A stretch of 64,000 bases of DNA, taken from contig CAWKHF010000005.1 of the NCBI GenBank assembly GCA_963849325.1, positions 640,001 through 704,000 on the forward strand. The letters are read 5' to 3'. Both the position numbers and the translations under genes were made by a program. Position 1 is the first letter of the stretch, and each line of letters opens with the position of its first letter. The notes below the pieces were generated by a model, which was not told the DNA's origin, ran no database searches, and was given only the letters and a program-made list of their open reading frames with translations. This document shows positions 22,711 through 36,879 of this stretch, one piece after another. This DNA is from an uncultured Planctomycetota bacterium. GTDB lineage: Bacteria > Planctomycetota > Planctomycetia > Gemmatales > Gemmataceae.

Positions 22711-23414
22711 ATGGCGGTGACGAAGCGAGGACAACTCGTTCCGCAAGCGCACGGCAGCGAGGAAGAGCAATGGCTCGTGTGCTGCAATCCCGAGCGGATG
22801 CTGGCGACCCTGGCGTTGCGGACGAGCGAGCGGAAGTTGCGTCTGCTCGCTTGTAGCTGGGTGCGACTGCTGGGCGACTTGTTGACGCGGCGCGGCCAAA
22901 GCGCCCTGGAAGTCACCGAGAAATGTGCCGACCAGGAGGCGACGGCCGAGGACCTGGCCCGCGCAAGGCTCGAGTGACGGAGGTGGGGCGACGGAGCCCC
23001 GCGAAAGCCGCCGCCGCCTGGGCGGTTTTCTTCGCCGCCGGAAATGTCCGCGTCGATCTGGGCGATTGCCTGAAAAGCGTTCGCCTGGCGGCCGAGCGCC
23101 AGGGACGCCTCGGCGAAACCGACCTCGCCCTTTGTCAGCGCGTTCGAGACGTGCTGGGCAATCCGTTCCGTTCTCATGCGGTTGGTCCCACTTGGCGGAC
23201 GTGGAAAGGCCATCATCTCGCCACCCTCGCTCGGGCCGCCTATGACAACCGCCGCCTGACCGCCGGCACTCTGGACAACGCCCGCCTGGCGGAGATCGCC
23301 GAGGCGTTGACGGAGGCCGGCTGCACCGACGCCGACCTGCTCGAGCACTGTCGCCGACCCGGCGAGCACGTGCGCGGCTGCTGGGTGCTCGACCTGCTCC
23401 TGGGCCAATCGTAG
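22711..23414 (+). CDS. Gemmataceae-type conserved hypothetical protein, frameshifted near 22975
   Basis: EEQWL..P..ML..SERKLRLLAC N-terminus; RDVLGNPF and LLEHCR..GEHVRGCWVLDLLLG C-terminus. Confidence 0.7.
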
Positions 23415-23487
23415 CCGGACATATCTTCTCCACGAATTGCTTGAATCCAGCCGCTCCCTCGCGGCATCCAATTGCGCCGATCCAAAG

Positions 23488-23577
23488 AGCCACTAACAGA
23501 ATGTGGCGGCACGTTTTCAACGTGCCGGGAAAGTTCGGCACGTTTTCAACGTGCCGCCACATTCTGTTAGTGGCTCA
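23488..23577. repeat. REPIN-like doublet, family F (GTGGCGGCACGTTTTCAACGTGCC) with long inverted flanks
   Basis: GAGCCACTAACAGAATGTGGCGGCACG...CGTGCCGCCACATTCTGTTAGTGGCTC; family B copy adjacent at 23596-23646. Confidence 0.85.
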
Positions 23578-23675
23578 AAGGAGTTGTTTCCCACCAGCCC
23601 GAAGCGCCAGCGACGGGTTTTCCGCCCGTCGCTCGCGCTTCGGGCTACTCGGTTTGAAAACCTCGGCAGGTCCGT

Positions 23676-25506
<1,831 letters not shown>

Positions 25507-25521
25507 GCGTCTGTCCGAAAA

Positions 25522-25692
25522 GCCCCTCTCCCCCGCTTCGGGGGAGAGGGGTTGGGGGTGAGGGGGCGCTCTTTCTCCCCTCTCCCCCGCTTCGGGGGAG
25601 AGGGGTTGGGGGTGAGGGGGCGAGAAACTCGCGGAAAACGCACCCCCTCACCCCCAACCCCTCTCCCCCGGAGTACCGGGGGAGAGGGGGAA
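25522..25692. repeat. Palindromic repeat cluster, family D (CCCCTCTCCCCCG..CGGGGGAGAGGGG), two direct copies plus one inverted
   Basis: Three hairpin units with the GGTTGGGGGTGAGGGG tail. Confidence 0.88.
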
Positions 25693-25756
25693 TTACGGCA
25701 CAGACTCGGAGCGGGCGCGGCCGGTTGTTTCTCGTTTCGCGGAGGAGGAACGCCGC

Positions 25757-26419
25757 ATGGGAGGCTTGTTGGATTGGGCTGTCCGTCCGATCCGGGAAGA
25801 CGACGCGGCGGAGGTCGCCCGTCTCCACGCCCGGTTCTTCTCCGAGTATTTTCTCGGGCATCTGGGGAGAGACTTCCTCACCTGTTATTACGCCCAGTTC
25901 TCCTCCAGACCGGGCTACGGCTACGTGGCGGAAAGGGCCGGCCGGATCATTGGCTATGTCATCGGGACGCCGTCCACCCGGCTTGTCAACCAGCGCTTTT
26001 ACCGCCGGCATTTCGCGCGCCTGGCCTGGATTGTCCTGTGCCGCTGCGTGGCGGATGGCTACGTCCGCCGCGAGGTCGCGTCCCGCGTGATCGCCCCCGG
26101 TCTGCGGCGCCTTTGGCGATCGGTGCGTTCGCTCCTTCTCCGTCGCCCCGTCGTATCGACGCCCTCCGTTTCCACGATCCCCGTCCGTCTGCTCTCCATC
26201 GGCGTCGATCCGGACTTCCGCGGTCAGGGAGTGGCCGACGCGCTCAGCCGCCACTTCAACGACGCGCTGGCCCTCGACGGGTATGACGAGGTTGGCCTGG
26301 CGGTGATGAAGCGCAACGCCCGAGCCATCGGCTTCTACGAGAGGGACGGTTGGAAGTTCGAGGGCGAGACCGAACATTGGGCCTACTTTGCGCGGCCCAC
26401 ACGCGAGGCGTATTCCTGA
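25757..26419 (+). CDS. GNAT family N-acetyltransferase
   Basis: LLSIGVDPDFRGQGVA, NARAIGFYERDGW; GGAGG RBS. Confidence 0.88.
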   Translation: MGGLLDWAVRPIREDDAAEVARLHARFFSEYFLGHLGRDFLTCYYAQFSSRPGYGYVAERAGRIIGYVIGTPSTRLVNQRFYRRHFARLAWIVLCRCVADGYVRREVASRVIAPGLRRLWRSVRSLLLRRPVVSTPSVSTIPVRLLSIGVDPDFRGQGVADALSRHFNDALALDGYDEVGLAVMKRNARAIGFYERDGWKFEGETEHWAYFARPTREAYS

Positions 26420-26426
26420 GGAACCC

Positions 26427-28417
26427 ATGCTCACGAGTTTGGCCGAGAAGGTCCGGCAGGCGGCCGACGCTTCCGAGTTGCTGCGCCGGACGATGTCGGT
26501 TCGTGCCGACGGCGGGTTGTCCGCGGCCCTGGGCAATGTCGTCGTCCGGCCGCTGCGGCCGGAGGAGCGGCGCCGTCTCCGCCAGAACGGCAATCGCGCC
26601 GACGACTGGGACCGGGTCCGCGTGGCCGAAGGCTTCGACCCCGCTCGCGTTCATCGCTCCTCTTTCGCTGGGGACGTCGTCCTCGGTCGATTCCGCGGGC
26701 GCGTTGAGGTGGCGCCGGACGTCGAACTGCCGGCGAGCATCGACAACAGCACGGTGGTGGATGCGGTGATCGGCCATGACGCGCTGGTCCGCGACGTGAG
26801 GTTGCTGTCCGGGTACGTGGTGGCCGGCGGGGCGGTGTTGTTCGACTGCGGCCGTATCACCTGCCGGCGGGGATGTGCGTTCGGCAACGGCATGGCGGTG
26901 CGCGTCGGGCCGGAGGTCGGCGGCCGCGACATCCTTGTGTACGCCGAAATCGACTTGGACATCGCGGCCATCGTCGCTCGACCGGGATTTCACCGCGATC
27001 AACTCGGAGCGTATGCGGCCGCCGTCGCCGACTACCAGGCGCGAGCTTTTTCGGATCGGGGCATCATCGCCGAAGAGGCGCGAATCTGCCACACCGTCGA
27101 GGTCCAGGACAGCTTCGTGGGATGTCATGCCCGCGTGGAAGGCGCCACGTCGGTTCGGGACAGCACGCTCCTGAGCGACGCCGAGGAAGAGGTGCGGGTC
27201 GAGTCGGGGTCCTGCGTCCGTTCGTCGCTGCTTCAGTGGGGCGCGCGGGTGGATCAACTCGCCCTGGTGGAGCGCTCGGTCCTGCTGGAACATTCGCACG
27301 TCGAGCGGCACGGCAAGGTCCGCGACAGCATCCTTGGACCCAACAGCGGCGTCGCCGAGGGCGAAGTGACCTCGTGCCTGCTGGGGCCGCACGTCCTCGC
27401 CCATCACCAATCTCTGTTGATCTCGACCCTGTGGCCCGGCGGTCGCGGCAATGTGGGGGCCGGCGCCAACGTCGGCTCGAACCACACCTCCCGCGCGCCC
27501 GACCAGGAGTTCTCGGCGGGCGAGGGTCTATTCCTGGGTTTGGGGGTCAACGTCAAATTCCCCTGCGATTTCAGCCGAGCGCCGTATACTGTCGTGGCCT
27601 GCGGCCTGACGCTGCCGCCGCAGAAGGTGACGTTCCCCTTTTCCCTCCTTTTGGACCCTGGCGTCTCTCATCCGGAGAGGACTCCTACCCCCACCGAGAT
27701 CGTGCCGGCCTGGGTGCTCCGCGAAAACCCGTTCGCCCTCCAGCGCAATGAGAGGAAATATCGGGCACGCCACAAGGGCCGGCGATCCGTCTGCGACCTG
27801 ACCATTTTTCGGCCCGAGATCGTGGACCTGATGCGCGCCGCCTGCCGGCGGCTGGAAACGATCGACGCGCCGAAGCCCTGGTATACGGAACACGACATCG
27901 ACGGACTGGGCAAGTCGTTCCTGCGCGAAGCCCACCGCCAAGGCGCCATCGACGCCTATCGGCTGTATCTGCGGTATTACGCGCTGCTCGCACTCCAAAG
28001 GCGAGCCGTGGCCGCCTCGTGCGGATGGACAAGGTTGGAGGACCGACTGCTCGCCGCTCCCTCCGGCGATCCGGCCTGGGAGCACGCACGGCGGATTCTC
28101 GTTGAGGAGCTTGGCGTTCGGGAGGTGTGCGCGGGTCTGCGGCAGTTGCCGGCCGTCCTCGAAGAGATCGCTTCGGGCGTCGAGCGCTCGCGGCGCGCGA
28201 CGACATCCGCGGCATCCGCGTGATCGACGACTATGCGGAAGTCCACGGCCCGGCCGCCGACGACGAAGGTGTGCGCCAGACGTGGGAAGAGACACGCCGG
28301 TTACAAGCAGAGGTCGAAAAGTTGATCGCGCTCGCCGAGGTGGACACTCGTTGCCCACTAGCCCGGAGCGCTAGCGACGGGTTGACACAACCTGTCGCTG
28401 GCGCTCCGGGCTTGTAG
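26427..28417 (+). CDS. DUF4954 family left-handed beta-helix protein, frameshifted near 28200
   Basis: L..NGNRADDW, hexapeptide-like stretches, EGEVTSCLLGP, HHQSLLI, NVGSNHTSRAPDQE, PFSL. Confidence 0.75.
28357..28413. repeat. Palindromic REP-like element, family B (read in frame as the DUF4954 C-terminus)
   Basis: AGCCCGGAGCGCTAGCGAC...GTCGCTGGCGCTCCGGGCT. Confidence 0.8.
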
Positions 28418-28530
28418 GCTTGTAGTTTATTCGTTCGTGGTGGACAGACACGGCCGAGGGAATTGCCGAATCTCCCGCGCTCCCCCGGCATCCAAAGAGA
28501 CATGATTTTGCGGATCACGAGGCGAGAGCA

Positions 28531-29613
28531 ATGAACTCCTCCGATGGAACTGCTGTCCAGGTCCATTGGATTGAGGACGAACCTTCCCTTCTCGCTCTCA
28601 AACCTCGCTGGGATGCCGCCTGGGACGGGTCGCGGCAGCGCTGGCCTTCCACCACCTGGACGTGGTGCGCCTCCTGGTGGCGACACCTGCGCGACGGCCG
28701 CTCGCTCGCTGTCTTCGAGGTGAGCCGAGACGGACGTTGCCTGGGCATGGCGCCCTTCAGCGCGGAAGGTCGCGGCTTCCGCGGCGTCCGGACCTTTGCC
28801 ATCGCCGGCACCGGCATCGTCGATTATGCGGACTTCACCTGCCTGGCCGGAGAGGAAGAAGCGGTCGCGGCCGCCATCGCGCGGCATCTGACGGAGGCCG
28901 ATTGGTGGGACACCTTGCTCCTGGATCGCTTGCTCTGGCCCAAGGAGCGGATCGAAGCCTGGTTGTCGCCTTTCGTGGAACGCGGACACCGAGTGGATAC
29001 GGCCCCGTCCTTGGCGGCCTGGCATACGACCCTGCAACCCACCTGGGACGCTTTCTTTGCCGGATTGGGGCGCCGCTGGCGCGAGCGGGTTCGCCGGGAT
29101 GAGCGACAATTCAGTACACAGGTTCCCCTTATCCGCGAGCCGGACACGATCGACGAGGCGCGATCCATCCTGAACCGTCTGTATCGATTTCGGGCCGGTG
29201 TCGGCTTGTCGGAAGAGTTGCCCGCGAACGTCGTGCGCCACGATCGCTTTCATTCCGCCGTGTTGCCGGACCTGATGGCCGCCGGCCTCGCTCACGTGAC
29301 GGGCCTCCAGGTCGGCGACACCCTCATCGCCGCCCATTATGGTTTCCGCTACGGCGATTCCTTCCTGTGGTATCTTCCGGGTTACTCCCGGGAGTGGCGA
29401 GACTTCAGCCCTGGCCGGGCCGTCCTGGTGCATTGCATCAAGACGGCGATCCAGGGCAAGCTCTCCATCTTCGATTTTGGCGTGGGGGAGGAGGACTACA
29501 AGGGCCATTGGTCCGCACAACAAGTCCCGACCCGGAAGGTCCGTATTCAGTCGCACCGCGTTGGGCCGAGAGTTCGTCTTTGGCTGGGGAGATGCCTGGG
29601 TAAGAGCCACTAA
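28531..29613 (+). CDS. CelD/BcsL-like GNAT (Acetyltransf_6) protein
   Basis: W..WWRHL, DYADF, FSPGRAVL, FDFGVGEEDYKGHW. Confidence 0.82.
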   Translation: MNSSDGTAVQVHWIEDEPSLLALKPRWDAAWDGSRQRWPSTTWTWCASWWRHLRDGRSLAVFEVSRDGRCLGMAPFSAEGRGFRGVRTFAIAGTGIVDYADFTCLAGEEEAVAAAIARHLTEADWWDTLLLDRLLWPKERIEAWLSPFVERGHRVDTAPSLAAWHTTLQPTWDAFFAGLGRRWRERVRRDERQFSTQVPLIREPDTIDEARSILNRLYRFRAGVGLSEELPANVVRHDRFHSAVLPDLMAAGLAHVTGLQVGDTLIAAHYGFRYGDSFLWYLPGYSREWRDFSPGRAVLVHCIKTAIQGKLSIFDFGVGEEDYKGHWSAQQVPTRKVRIQSHRVGPRVRLWLGRCLGKSH

Positions 29614-29614
29614 C

Positions 29615-29723
29615 CAAATACATTTTGACCACGGATAACACGGATGAAACGGATAAAGACAACCAGAACGCTTCTTGCGTTTTATCCGTTTTATCCGTGT
29701 TATCCGTGGTCAAAATGTATTTG
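29615..29723. repeat. MITE-like inverted repeat, family E
   Basis: CAAATACATTTTGACCACGGAT...ATCCGTGGTCAAAATGTATTTG. Confidence 0.88.
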
Positions 29724-29782
29724 ATTCGTGTCTCTTACGGTGCGGGATCGGAAGGGTTTTGTCCGTTTGCGAGAAGACAGCA

Positions 29783-30997
29783 ATGGCAGTGACGCAAGCA
29801 CGGAATGAAGATACGGACACCACGGCCTCGAACCGCAAAGAAGTGGCCGGAGTGTACCGCGCCGACAAGGGCCCAATGACGATTACCGTCGTCGAAGACC
29901 CCGCGGCCCTGTCCGAGTACGCGACGGCCTGGCAGGCACTCGCCCAGGAAGCGATCGAGCCGAATGTTTACTATGAGCCCTGGATGCTTCTGCCCGCCGT
30001 GCGGTTCCTGACGGCGGAAAAGCCGCCGCTGTTTGTTCTCGTCTTCCGGACGAAAACCGACGACCCCGAAGGACAGCCCTCGCTGTGTGGTCTGTTCCCC
30101 CTGGAGAGGGGGAGGCGCTTCCTGGGGCTGCCGGTCAACGTCCTCAATCTCTTTTCGCACTCCCATTGCTATTTGCGCACACCCTTGCTCCGACGGGGGT
30201 ACGCCCGGGAGACCCTGGCCGCGTTCTTTGAATGGGCGGCATCGGACACGCAGGGAGCAGCCGTCCTCAACCTGGCAAGGGTTTCGGGCGACGGGCCGTT
30301 CTATCATGCGCTCCTGGATTTCCTCCACGAGCGCTCGTCGGGGGCCGTCGTGACCGAGGCCTACACCCGAGCGTTTCTCCTGCCCGAGCGGGATGCCGAG
30401 ACGTACATTCAGCACGCCCTCTCCGGCAAACATCGTCGGCAAAATCGCCGACTCGAAAGACAGCTGCAAGAACGGGGAGAACTTCGCTACGCGCAGCTCG
30501 AATCGGAGTCGGAACTGGACGGCTGGCTGAACTCGTTTCTGGACCTGGAGGCGAGGGGATGGAAGGGCAAGGCCGGCACCGCTCTCGCCTGCGACGACAA
30601 GCATCGACTGTTTTTCGTGACCGCCGCCACCGAGGCGTTCCGCCGAGGCCAGCTCCTGTTTTTCGCCTTGCAACTCGACGGCCGGCCTATCGCCATGGAT
30701 TGCAATTTCCGCTCGGGAATAGGCGGCTTCTCGTTCAAACCAGCGTTTGACGAGAGCTTTTCTCCCTATTCTCCCGGTGTACTGCTCTACCTGGAAGAAG
30801 TTCGCCGCTTCCATGAGATGGAAGGGTTGCGATGGGTCGATAGTTGTACGGACCCCAACAACGAGCTGTTGAATCGATTGTGGTGCCAGCGCCGAATCGT
30901 GACCTCGCTTCTGGTTTCCAGTGGTCGTCGCACGGGCGATTTTCTGCTCGCCCTGCGGCCGCTCCGCGAATGGCTCGGTCGCCGATGGCGTCGTTGA
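29783..30997 (+). CDS. CelD/BcsL-like GNAT (Acetyltransf_6) protein
   Basis: EPNVYYEPW, LEARGWKGKAGTAL, FKPAFDE..YSPGVLL, DSCTDPNN. Confidence 0.85.
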   Translation: MAVTQARNEDTDTTASNRKEVAGVYRADKGPMTITVVEDPAALSEYATAWQALAQEAIEPNVYYEPWMLLPAVRFLTAEKPPLFVLVFRTKTDDPEGQPSLCGLFPLERGRRFLGLPVNVLNLFSHSHCYLRTPLLRRGYARETLAAFFEWAASDTQGAAVLNLARVSGDGPFYHALLDFLHERSSGAVVTEAYTRAFLLPERDAETYIQHALSGKHRRQNRRLERQLQERGELRYAQLESESELDGWLNSFLDLEARGWKGKAGTALACDDKHRLFFVTAATEAFRRGQLLFFALQLDGRPIAMDCNFRSGIGGFSFKPAFDESFSPYSPGVLLYLEEVRRFHEMEGLRWVDSCTDPNNELLNRLWCQRRIVTSLLVSSGRRTGDFLLALRPLREWLGRRWRR

Positions 30998-31045
30998 GCC
31001 GCGACGCGCGGCGGAGCGCGCTCCGCCGCGCGTCGCGGCTCAACG
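30992..31045. repeat. REPIN-like doublet, family A variant (supplies the TGA stop of the GNAT gene)
   Basis: Perfect palindrome with changes mirrored in both arms. Confidence 0.88.
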
Positions 31046-31051
31046 AATGTT

Positions 31052-31591
31052 TTAGCGCGGGTAAAGCTGCGAGGAGGAGCCGGACGGGTTCGCCACCGGA
31101 GAAATGCCGGGGGCAAGCCCGGACGTACTGATGCCGCCCAGGCCCGTTGACGTCATGCCGCCGAGGAATCGCGCCGGGGATAACATCATTCCCCGGTTCG
31201 TGAAGTTCTGTTGCGCCGCCAACGTTCCCAGGCCGGCACCTCCGGCGGTGGCGGGGGGACGATAGTAGTGAGAGTAATTCCCGAACATGACGGGATGACC
31301 TGTCGTCACGGGGCCGCTGCCGACCGAACCTCCCGTCGTCACCGACTGTACCAGACCCATCTGGTTCTGCTGCAGATTGGAGATGGAGGACTGAAATTGC
31401 ATCTGCGGCTGGACCAGGCCGTAGTAGTTGATGCCGGGCAGGGTGCCCGGCCGCGCCAGATTGAGATACGGACTGACGGCCGGTCCCGCCGGGTTCTGGC
31501 CGCCGATGGTCTGGGCCAGGGCCGGACTGCTTCCACCGGCCGCGATCAGCACCAGCGCGGTCCACCCATGTCGAAACGTTGTCCTCGTCAT
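31052..31591 (-). CDS. Secreted planctomycete hypothetical protein (SPYLNL..NYY.LV.PQ type)
   Basis: GGAGAGGAG RBS, signal peptide, Gly-rich tail. Confidence 0.65.
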   Translation of the reverse strand: MTRTTFRHGWTALVLIAAGGSSPALAQTIGGQNPAGPAVSPYLNLARPGTLPGINYYGLVQPQMQFQSSISNLQQNQMGLVQSVTTGGSVGSGPVTTGHPVMFGNYSHYYRPPATAGGAGLGTLAAQQNFTNRGMMLSPARFLGGMTSTGLGGISTSGLAPGISPVANPSGSSSQLYPR

Positions 31592-31702
31592 GGCGTCTCC
31601 TCTCCTTCGGGTAGAGGGTTCCCCGAAGGAGCCCCATCCACGGCCGTTCGACGATCCTCCGACACCCAACCGATCTATTATACTCGCGCCGGCGATCCGC
31701 AA

Positions 31703-32803
31703 TCAACGATTCGTCCCGACGATGGTGCCGCCCGAGGTTACGACGCCCGTGGCGCTGCCGGTGCGGGAGAGGACGCCGATCTGCTGAATGCTCTGCACCG
31801 TCGTGGCCCCCAGCAGGGTCAGGCCGAAGATCCGTTCGATCGGGGCAAACGCCTTGGCCAAGGCGTTGTTGGTGCGGATGAGTTCTTGCGACTGGATGAA
31901 GACGCGATCGCCCGGCAAGAGCTGGTAATTCGTCGCCGACGAGCCGCCCTCGGTAAGGCAGACCCAATCGACGGGCAGGACGTTTTGGCCGCACGGCTTG
32001 GAGGCATCCGGACGCGACACCCAAATCCTGTACTTGGAGGACACCAGCGGCAGGCCCCAGATCTGGCTGATGGCGTCGAGGACCGTCTCCTTGCCCGTCA
32101 CCGGGAAGCGCAGGATCTGCTGCCCGTAGCCGGCCCCGTCGGCGATGACGTAATAATACTTGCTGTTGTACGCATACACGTCCAGGGAAATCTCCGGGTC
32201 CACGAAGAAGCGCGACAGGAACTGCTGGATCACCCAGCGGGCCTGGTCGAGAGTCAAGCCGCCGACCTGAAGACTGCCGTAAATTCCCAGGCCGATCGTG
32301 CCGTCGGGCCGCACCAGATGGTCGCCGCGGATCAACTGGATGCCGCCCATCTGGCCCAGCGACACGCGCACTTGGGGGTTCTTGAGACGGGATAGCTTTA
32401 ACTGCTTCTCGATCGCCGCCTGGGCCTGTTCCAGGGTCATCCCGGTCACCTTCACCGAACCATGGGAAAAGCCCAGGTTGACCGTCCCATCCGGCGCGAC
32501 GGCGTAGAGTCCCTGGATCGGCTCTTCGGGCGGAATGTTGATGGTCTGGATGAGGATCGAATCCAGCGGAGCGATCAGGTAGGGCGGGCGGGGAACGAGG
32601 CGGATGGCGTCGATGAGGAGGATGTCGGGCGGCTCGATGACGTAGGGCGGCAGCGGAGACATGGCGAGTTCGTGCGGGACGGTCGGAGGCGGAGGAGTCT
32701 GATTCAAGCAACCGCCCGCCGCCAGGCAGGCGCACACAAGCCATCCGGGGAGAAAGGGAGACCGAGCTAGGCGTCCGTTCATCATGGTCGGCATCCTCGC
32801 CAC
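31703..32803 (-). CDS. Polysaccharide export lipoprotein (Wza/Poly_export + SLBB)
   Basis: AGGC lipobox, YVIEPPDIL, VRPDGTIGLGIYG..V.GLT, GKETVLDAI, NYQLLPGDRVFI. Confidence 0.88.
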   Translation of the reverse strand: MARMPTMMNGRLARSPFLPGWLVCACLAAGGCLNQTPPPPTVPHELAMSPLPPYVIEPPDILLIDAIRLVPRPPYLIAPLDSILIQTINIPPEEPIQGLYAVAPDGTVNLGFSHGSVKVTGMTLEQAQAAIEKQLKLSRLKNPQVRVSLGQMGGIQLIRGDHLVRPDGTIGLGIYGSLQVGGLTLDQARWVIQQFLSRFFVDPEISLDVYAYNSKYYYVIADGAGYGQQILRFPVTGKETVLDAISQIWGLPLVSSKYRIWVSRPDASKPCGQNVLPVDWVCLTEGGSSATNYQLLPGDRVFIQSQELIRTNNALAKAFAPIERIFGLTLLGATTVQSIQQIGVLSRTGSATGVVTSGGTIVGTNR

Positions 32804-33087
32804 ACCGCGTAGACCCCGTCGCTTCCGCCGGGGCCGATCTTGACCCGCATGGCCGCGCTAAGCGGCACCACCCTTCTTTTCGGCACGCCCCCTTTCCTCA
32901 GTTGAACTCGGTTTGAAGAGGACCGCTATTTTTCCGCGTCCGGCTGGAATCCCCCAATTCCAAACTCGTCCGAGCCGTGACCGGCCAGCTATTGCCCGAC
33001 GATTTGACCGCCCGTGAGAGATGACCTAGGCTTGCGACGGGATACCCTTCGCCGGCAACAGGGCGTTCCCGCCCTTCGGAGTCGCAC

Positions 33088-33814
33088 ATGCTCGCAAGTG
33101 CTGTCACCTTCTGGCGCTGGTTGACCAACCAGCCGATGCCGCTGGACGCCACGGGCCAGGCCGACGACGCCGACGACCGCCGGGTGTGGCTTCGTTTCCG
33201 AGCCAGCCTGAACGTCCGCTGCGATGAGCTGGGGGCCGAGGCCGAGACCGGCGTCTTCGCGGTGATCCGCGACATCTCGCGCGGCGGCGTCCAGATCGTC
33301 GCGCCGTGTCGCTTCGAGCCGGGTACGGTGCTGAGCGTGGAATTGCCCGCCATCGACGGACGCACCGCACTGGCGGCCCTGGCTTGCGTGGTCCGCGCTC
33401 AGCCCCACGGCGACAGCGAATGGGCGATGGGCTGTCGTTTCTCCTGCGAACTCAATGACGAACAGCTGCAAGCCTTCGGGGCCACGCGCGTTCGCACGCC
33501 GTCGTCCGACCCGCGCATCTGGTCGCGCTTCGGCTGTGACGCCACGGCGGTCTACCAGCGGATTGGCGACAAGGACCACGCGCTTCGCCCGGCTCGGGTG
33601 CGGAACATCGCGGCCGCCGGCATGGCCCTTCTGGTCGCGGAGGAAGTGCCCGCCGGCGAATTGCTCAGCACGGAACTGCACGACGCCAACGGCCGGCCGG
33701 TCGTCACGATCCTGGCCTGCGTGGTCCGCGTCCAGACCACGTCCGAGGGCCAGCTGCTCGGCTGCAACTTCATCCGCGAGACTCAGCGATAACGACCTGC
33801 AAGCGCTGCTGTAA
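33088..33814 (+). CDS. Tandem PilZ-domain protein, frameshifted at the 3' end
   Basis: RRVWLR..DISRGG and PRIWSR..NIAAAG (RxxxR and D/NxSxxG-like motifs). Confidence 0.8.
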
Positions 33815-33835
33815 GGGCGCGTCCTGGAATGCCTT

Positions 33836-33891
33836 CGTTTAGCCGCGACGCGCAGCGGAGCGCGCGTTCCGCTGCGCGTCGCGGCTAAACG
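33836..33891. repeat. REPIN-like doublet, family A
   Basis: CGTTTAGCCGCG...CGCGGCTAAACG. Confidence 0.9.
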
Positions 33892-33930
33892 TGGAAGTTA
33901 TTCCGTGGGCGAGCGGAAGAAGAGGGAGAC

Positions 33931-33966
33931 AAAAAAACCCCGCCGTCTTGGTGAAGACGGCGGGGT
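33931..33966 (-). terminator. Rho-independent terminator of the 16S transcript
   Basis: Minus strand CCCCGCCGTCTT-loop-AAGACGGCGGGG followed by T7. Confidence 0.88.
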
Positions 33967-34052
33967 GTTCTTTGTGTGATCGGCGTGAGTCAAAGCGTGG
34001 ATGCGAACATGAGAGATTTCCGCCCCGTGAGAGGGCGGTACTGATCATCCTT

Positions 34053-35604
<1,552 letters not shown>

Positions 35605-35794
35605 AAGTTCGCTTGTCCCGATGTACCCGTCGCTTGCGCTCCGGGCTAGTCGGGCTTGGGAACACAGAAAAGTTTGAGGTCGCCTGACGACTCGACTCAA
35701 AGAACTCGCGGCAACGATGTGGTCATCGTTGCCGACGAGGAATGTGTCGAACCGACAGGCTAGACACATCCTCGCTTTGGCTCGGTACGCCGAT

Positions 35795-35807
35795 TTGTCA
35801 AAGAACA
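35795..35807 (-). promoter_or_regulatory. rrn boxA antitermination element
   Basis: TGTTCTTTGACAA on the minus strand. Confidence 0.75.
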
Positions 35808-35866
35808 ACGAATATCGCCTCACCGAAGTGAGGTTCCATTCGTGCGTCCCAAATAGGACAGAGTGA

Positions 35867-35894
35867 AGTATAGACAGGTTTGATCGGCTGTCAA
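35867..35894 (-). promoter_or_regulatory. rRNA promoter
   Basis: TTGACA-16 bp-TATACT with an upstream A/T tract (UP-element-like). Confidence 0.85.
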
Positions 35895-36095
35895 GGGTCT
35901 TTGCGGAAAAAAATTGGAAAAGACATCCGCCGCTCCCACCGGGCCATGCTTCGAGGCTTGCTTGCAGCCTCGGGACCGGATTCCTGCCGGTCGCACTGGC
36001 GTTGGGTGCGTTCGACCTCTACAAAACGATTATGCGGTGGCCGATTGGCCTCTGTCAAGCGAAATGCGTATCCTTCGCGGCAAAAAGACGGACGA

Positions 36096-36866
36096 ATGGC
36101 TACCCCCCGTGTGCTGATTTTGAGGGCCCCCGGGGCCAACTGCGACGCCGAGGCGCAGTTCGCCTTCGAGAAGGCCGGTGCCCTGGCCGAGCGCGTCCAC
36201 ATCAACCGTCTGCGCGAACGGCCTTCCGAGCTGATGCGGTATCAGATCCTTGCGATCCCCGGTGGCTTCACCTATGGCGACGACGTGGCCGCCGGCAAGA
36301 TCCTGGCGAACCAGCTCGCCCATTTCCTCGGCGACGCCCTGCGACGCTTCCGCGATGCGGAACGGCTGATTCTCGGCATTTGCAACGGCTTCCAGGTATT
36401 GCTCAAGGCTGGCCTGCTCATGCCGCCCGACGAGGATGGGCCGATTGCCACGCTGGCCCCCAACCGTTGCGGCCGGTTCGAGGATCGCTGGGTAACGCTG
36501 CAAGCGACGCCCGGCCACTGCCCCTTTCTGACCGGCATCGATCGCCTCTATCTGCCGGTGGCGCACGGCGAGGGGCGCTTCCTCTGTCGCACCGAATGGG
36601 AGCTGCAGGGACTGGAACAGGCCGGACAGGTCGTCCTGCGCTACGTCAATCCGGCGAGTGGGACAGCGGATTACCCGCTCAACCCCAACGGGTCACAAGG
36701 CGACGTCGCCGGATTGTGCGATGCGACCGGCCGGGTACTCGGTTTGATGCCGCATCCCGAGCGACACGTCCTGCCGACGCAGCATCCGCGCTGGACGCGC
36801 GAGGGCCTGGCCGTGGAAGGCGAGGGACTGGCCCTGTTCCGCAATGCGGTACGCTGCCATCTTTAA
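36096..36866 (+). CDS. purQ: Phosphoribosylformylglycinamidine synthase subunit PurQ
   Basis: PGANCD, PGGFTYGD, LGICNGFQ, PVAHGEG, GLMPHPER. Confidence 0.95.
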   Translation: MATPRVLILRAPGANCDAEAQFAFEKAGALAERVHINRLRERPSELMRYQILAIPGGFTYGDDVAAGKILANQLAHFLGDALRRFRDAERLILGICNGFQVLLKAGLLMPPDEDGPIATLAPNRCGRFEDRWVTLQATPGHCPFLTGIDRLYLPVAHGEGRFLCRTEWELQGLEQAGQVVLRYVNPASGTADYPLNPNGSQGDVAGLCDATGRVLGLMPHPERHVLPTQHPRWTREGLAVEGEGLALFRNAVRCHL

Positions 36867-36879
36867 GACGAGGGACGTC

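Noticed and set aside
23420-23675. glmS ribozyme
   Set aside because: The region is occupied by REP doublets and no ribozyme core was recognisable.
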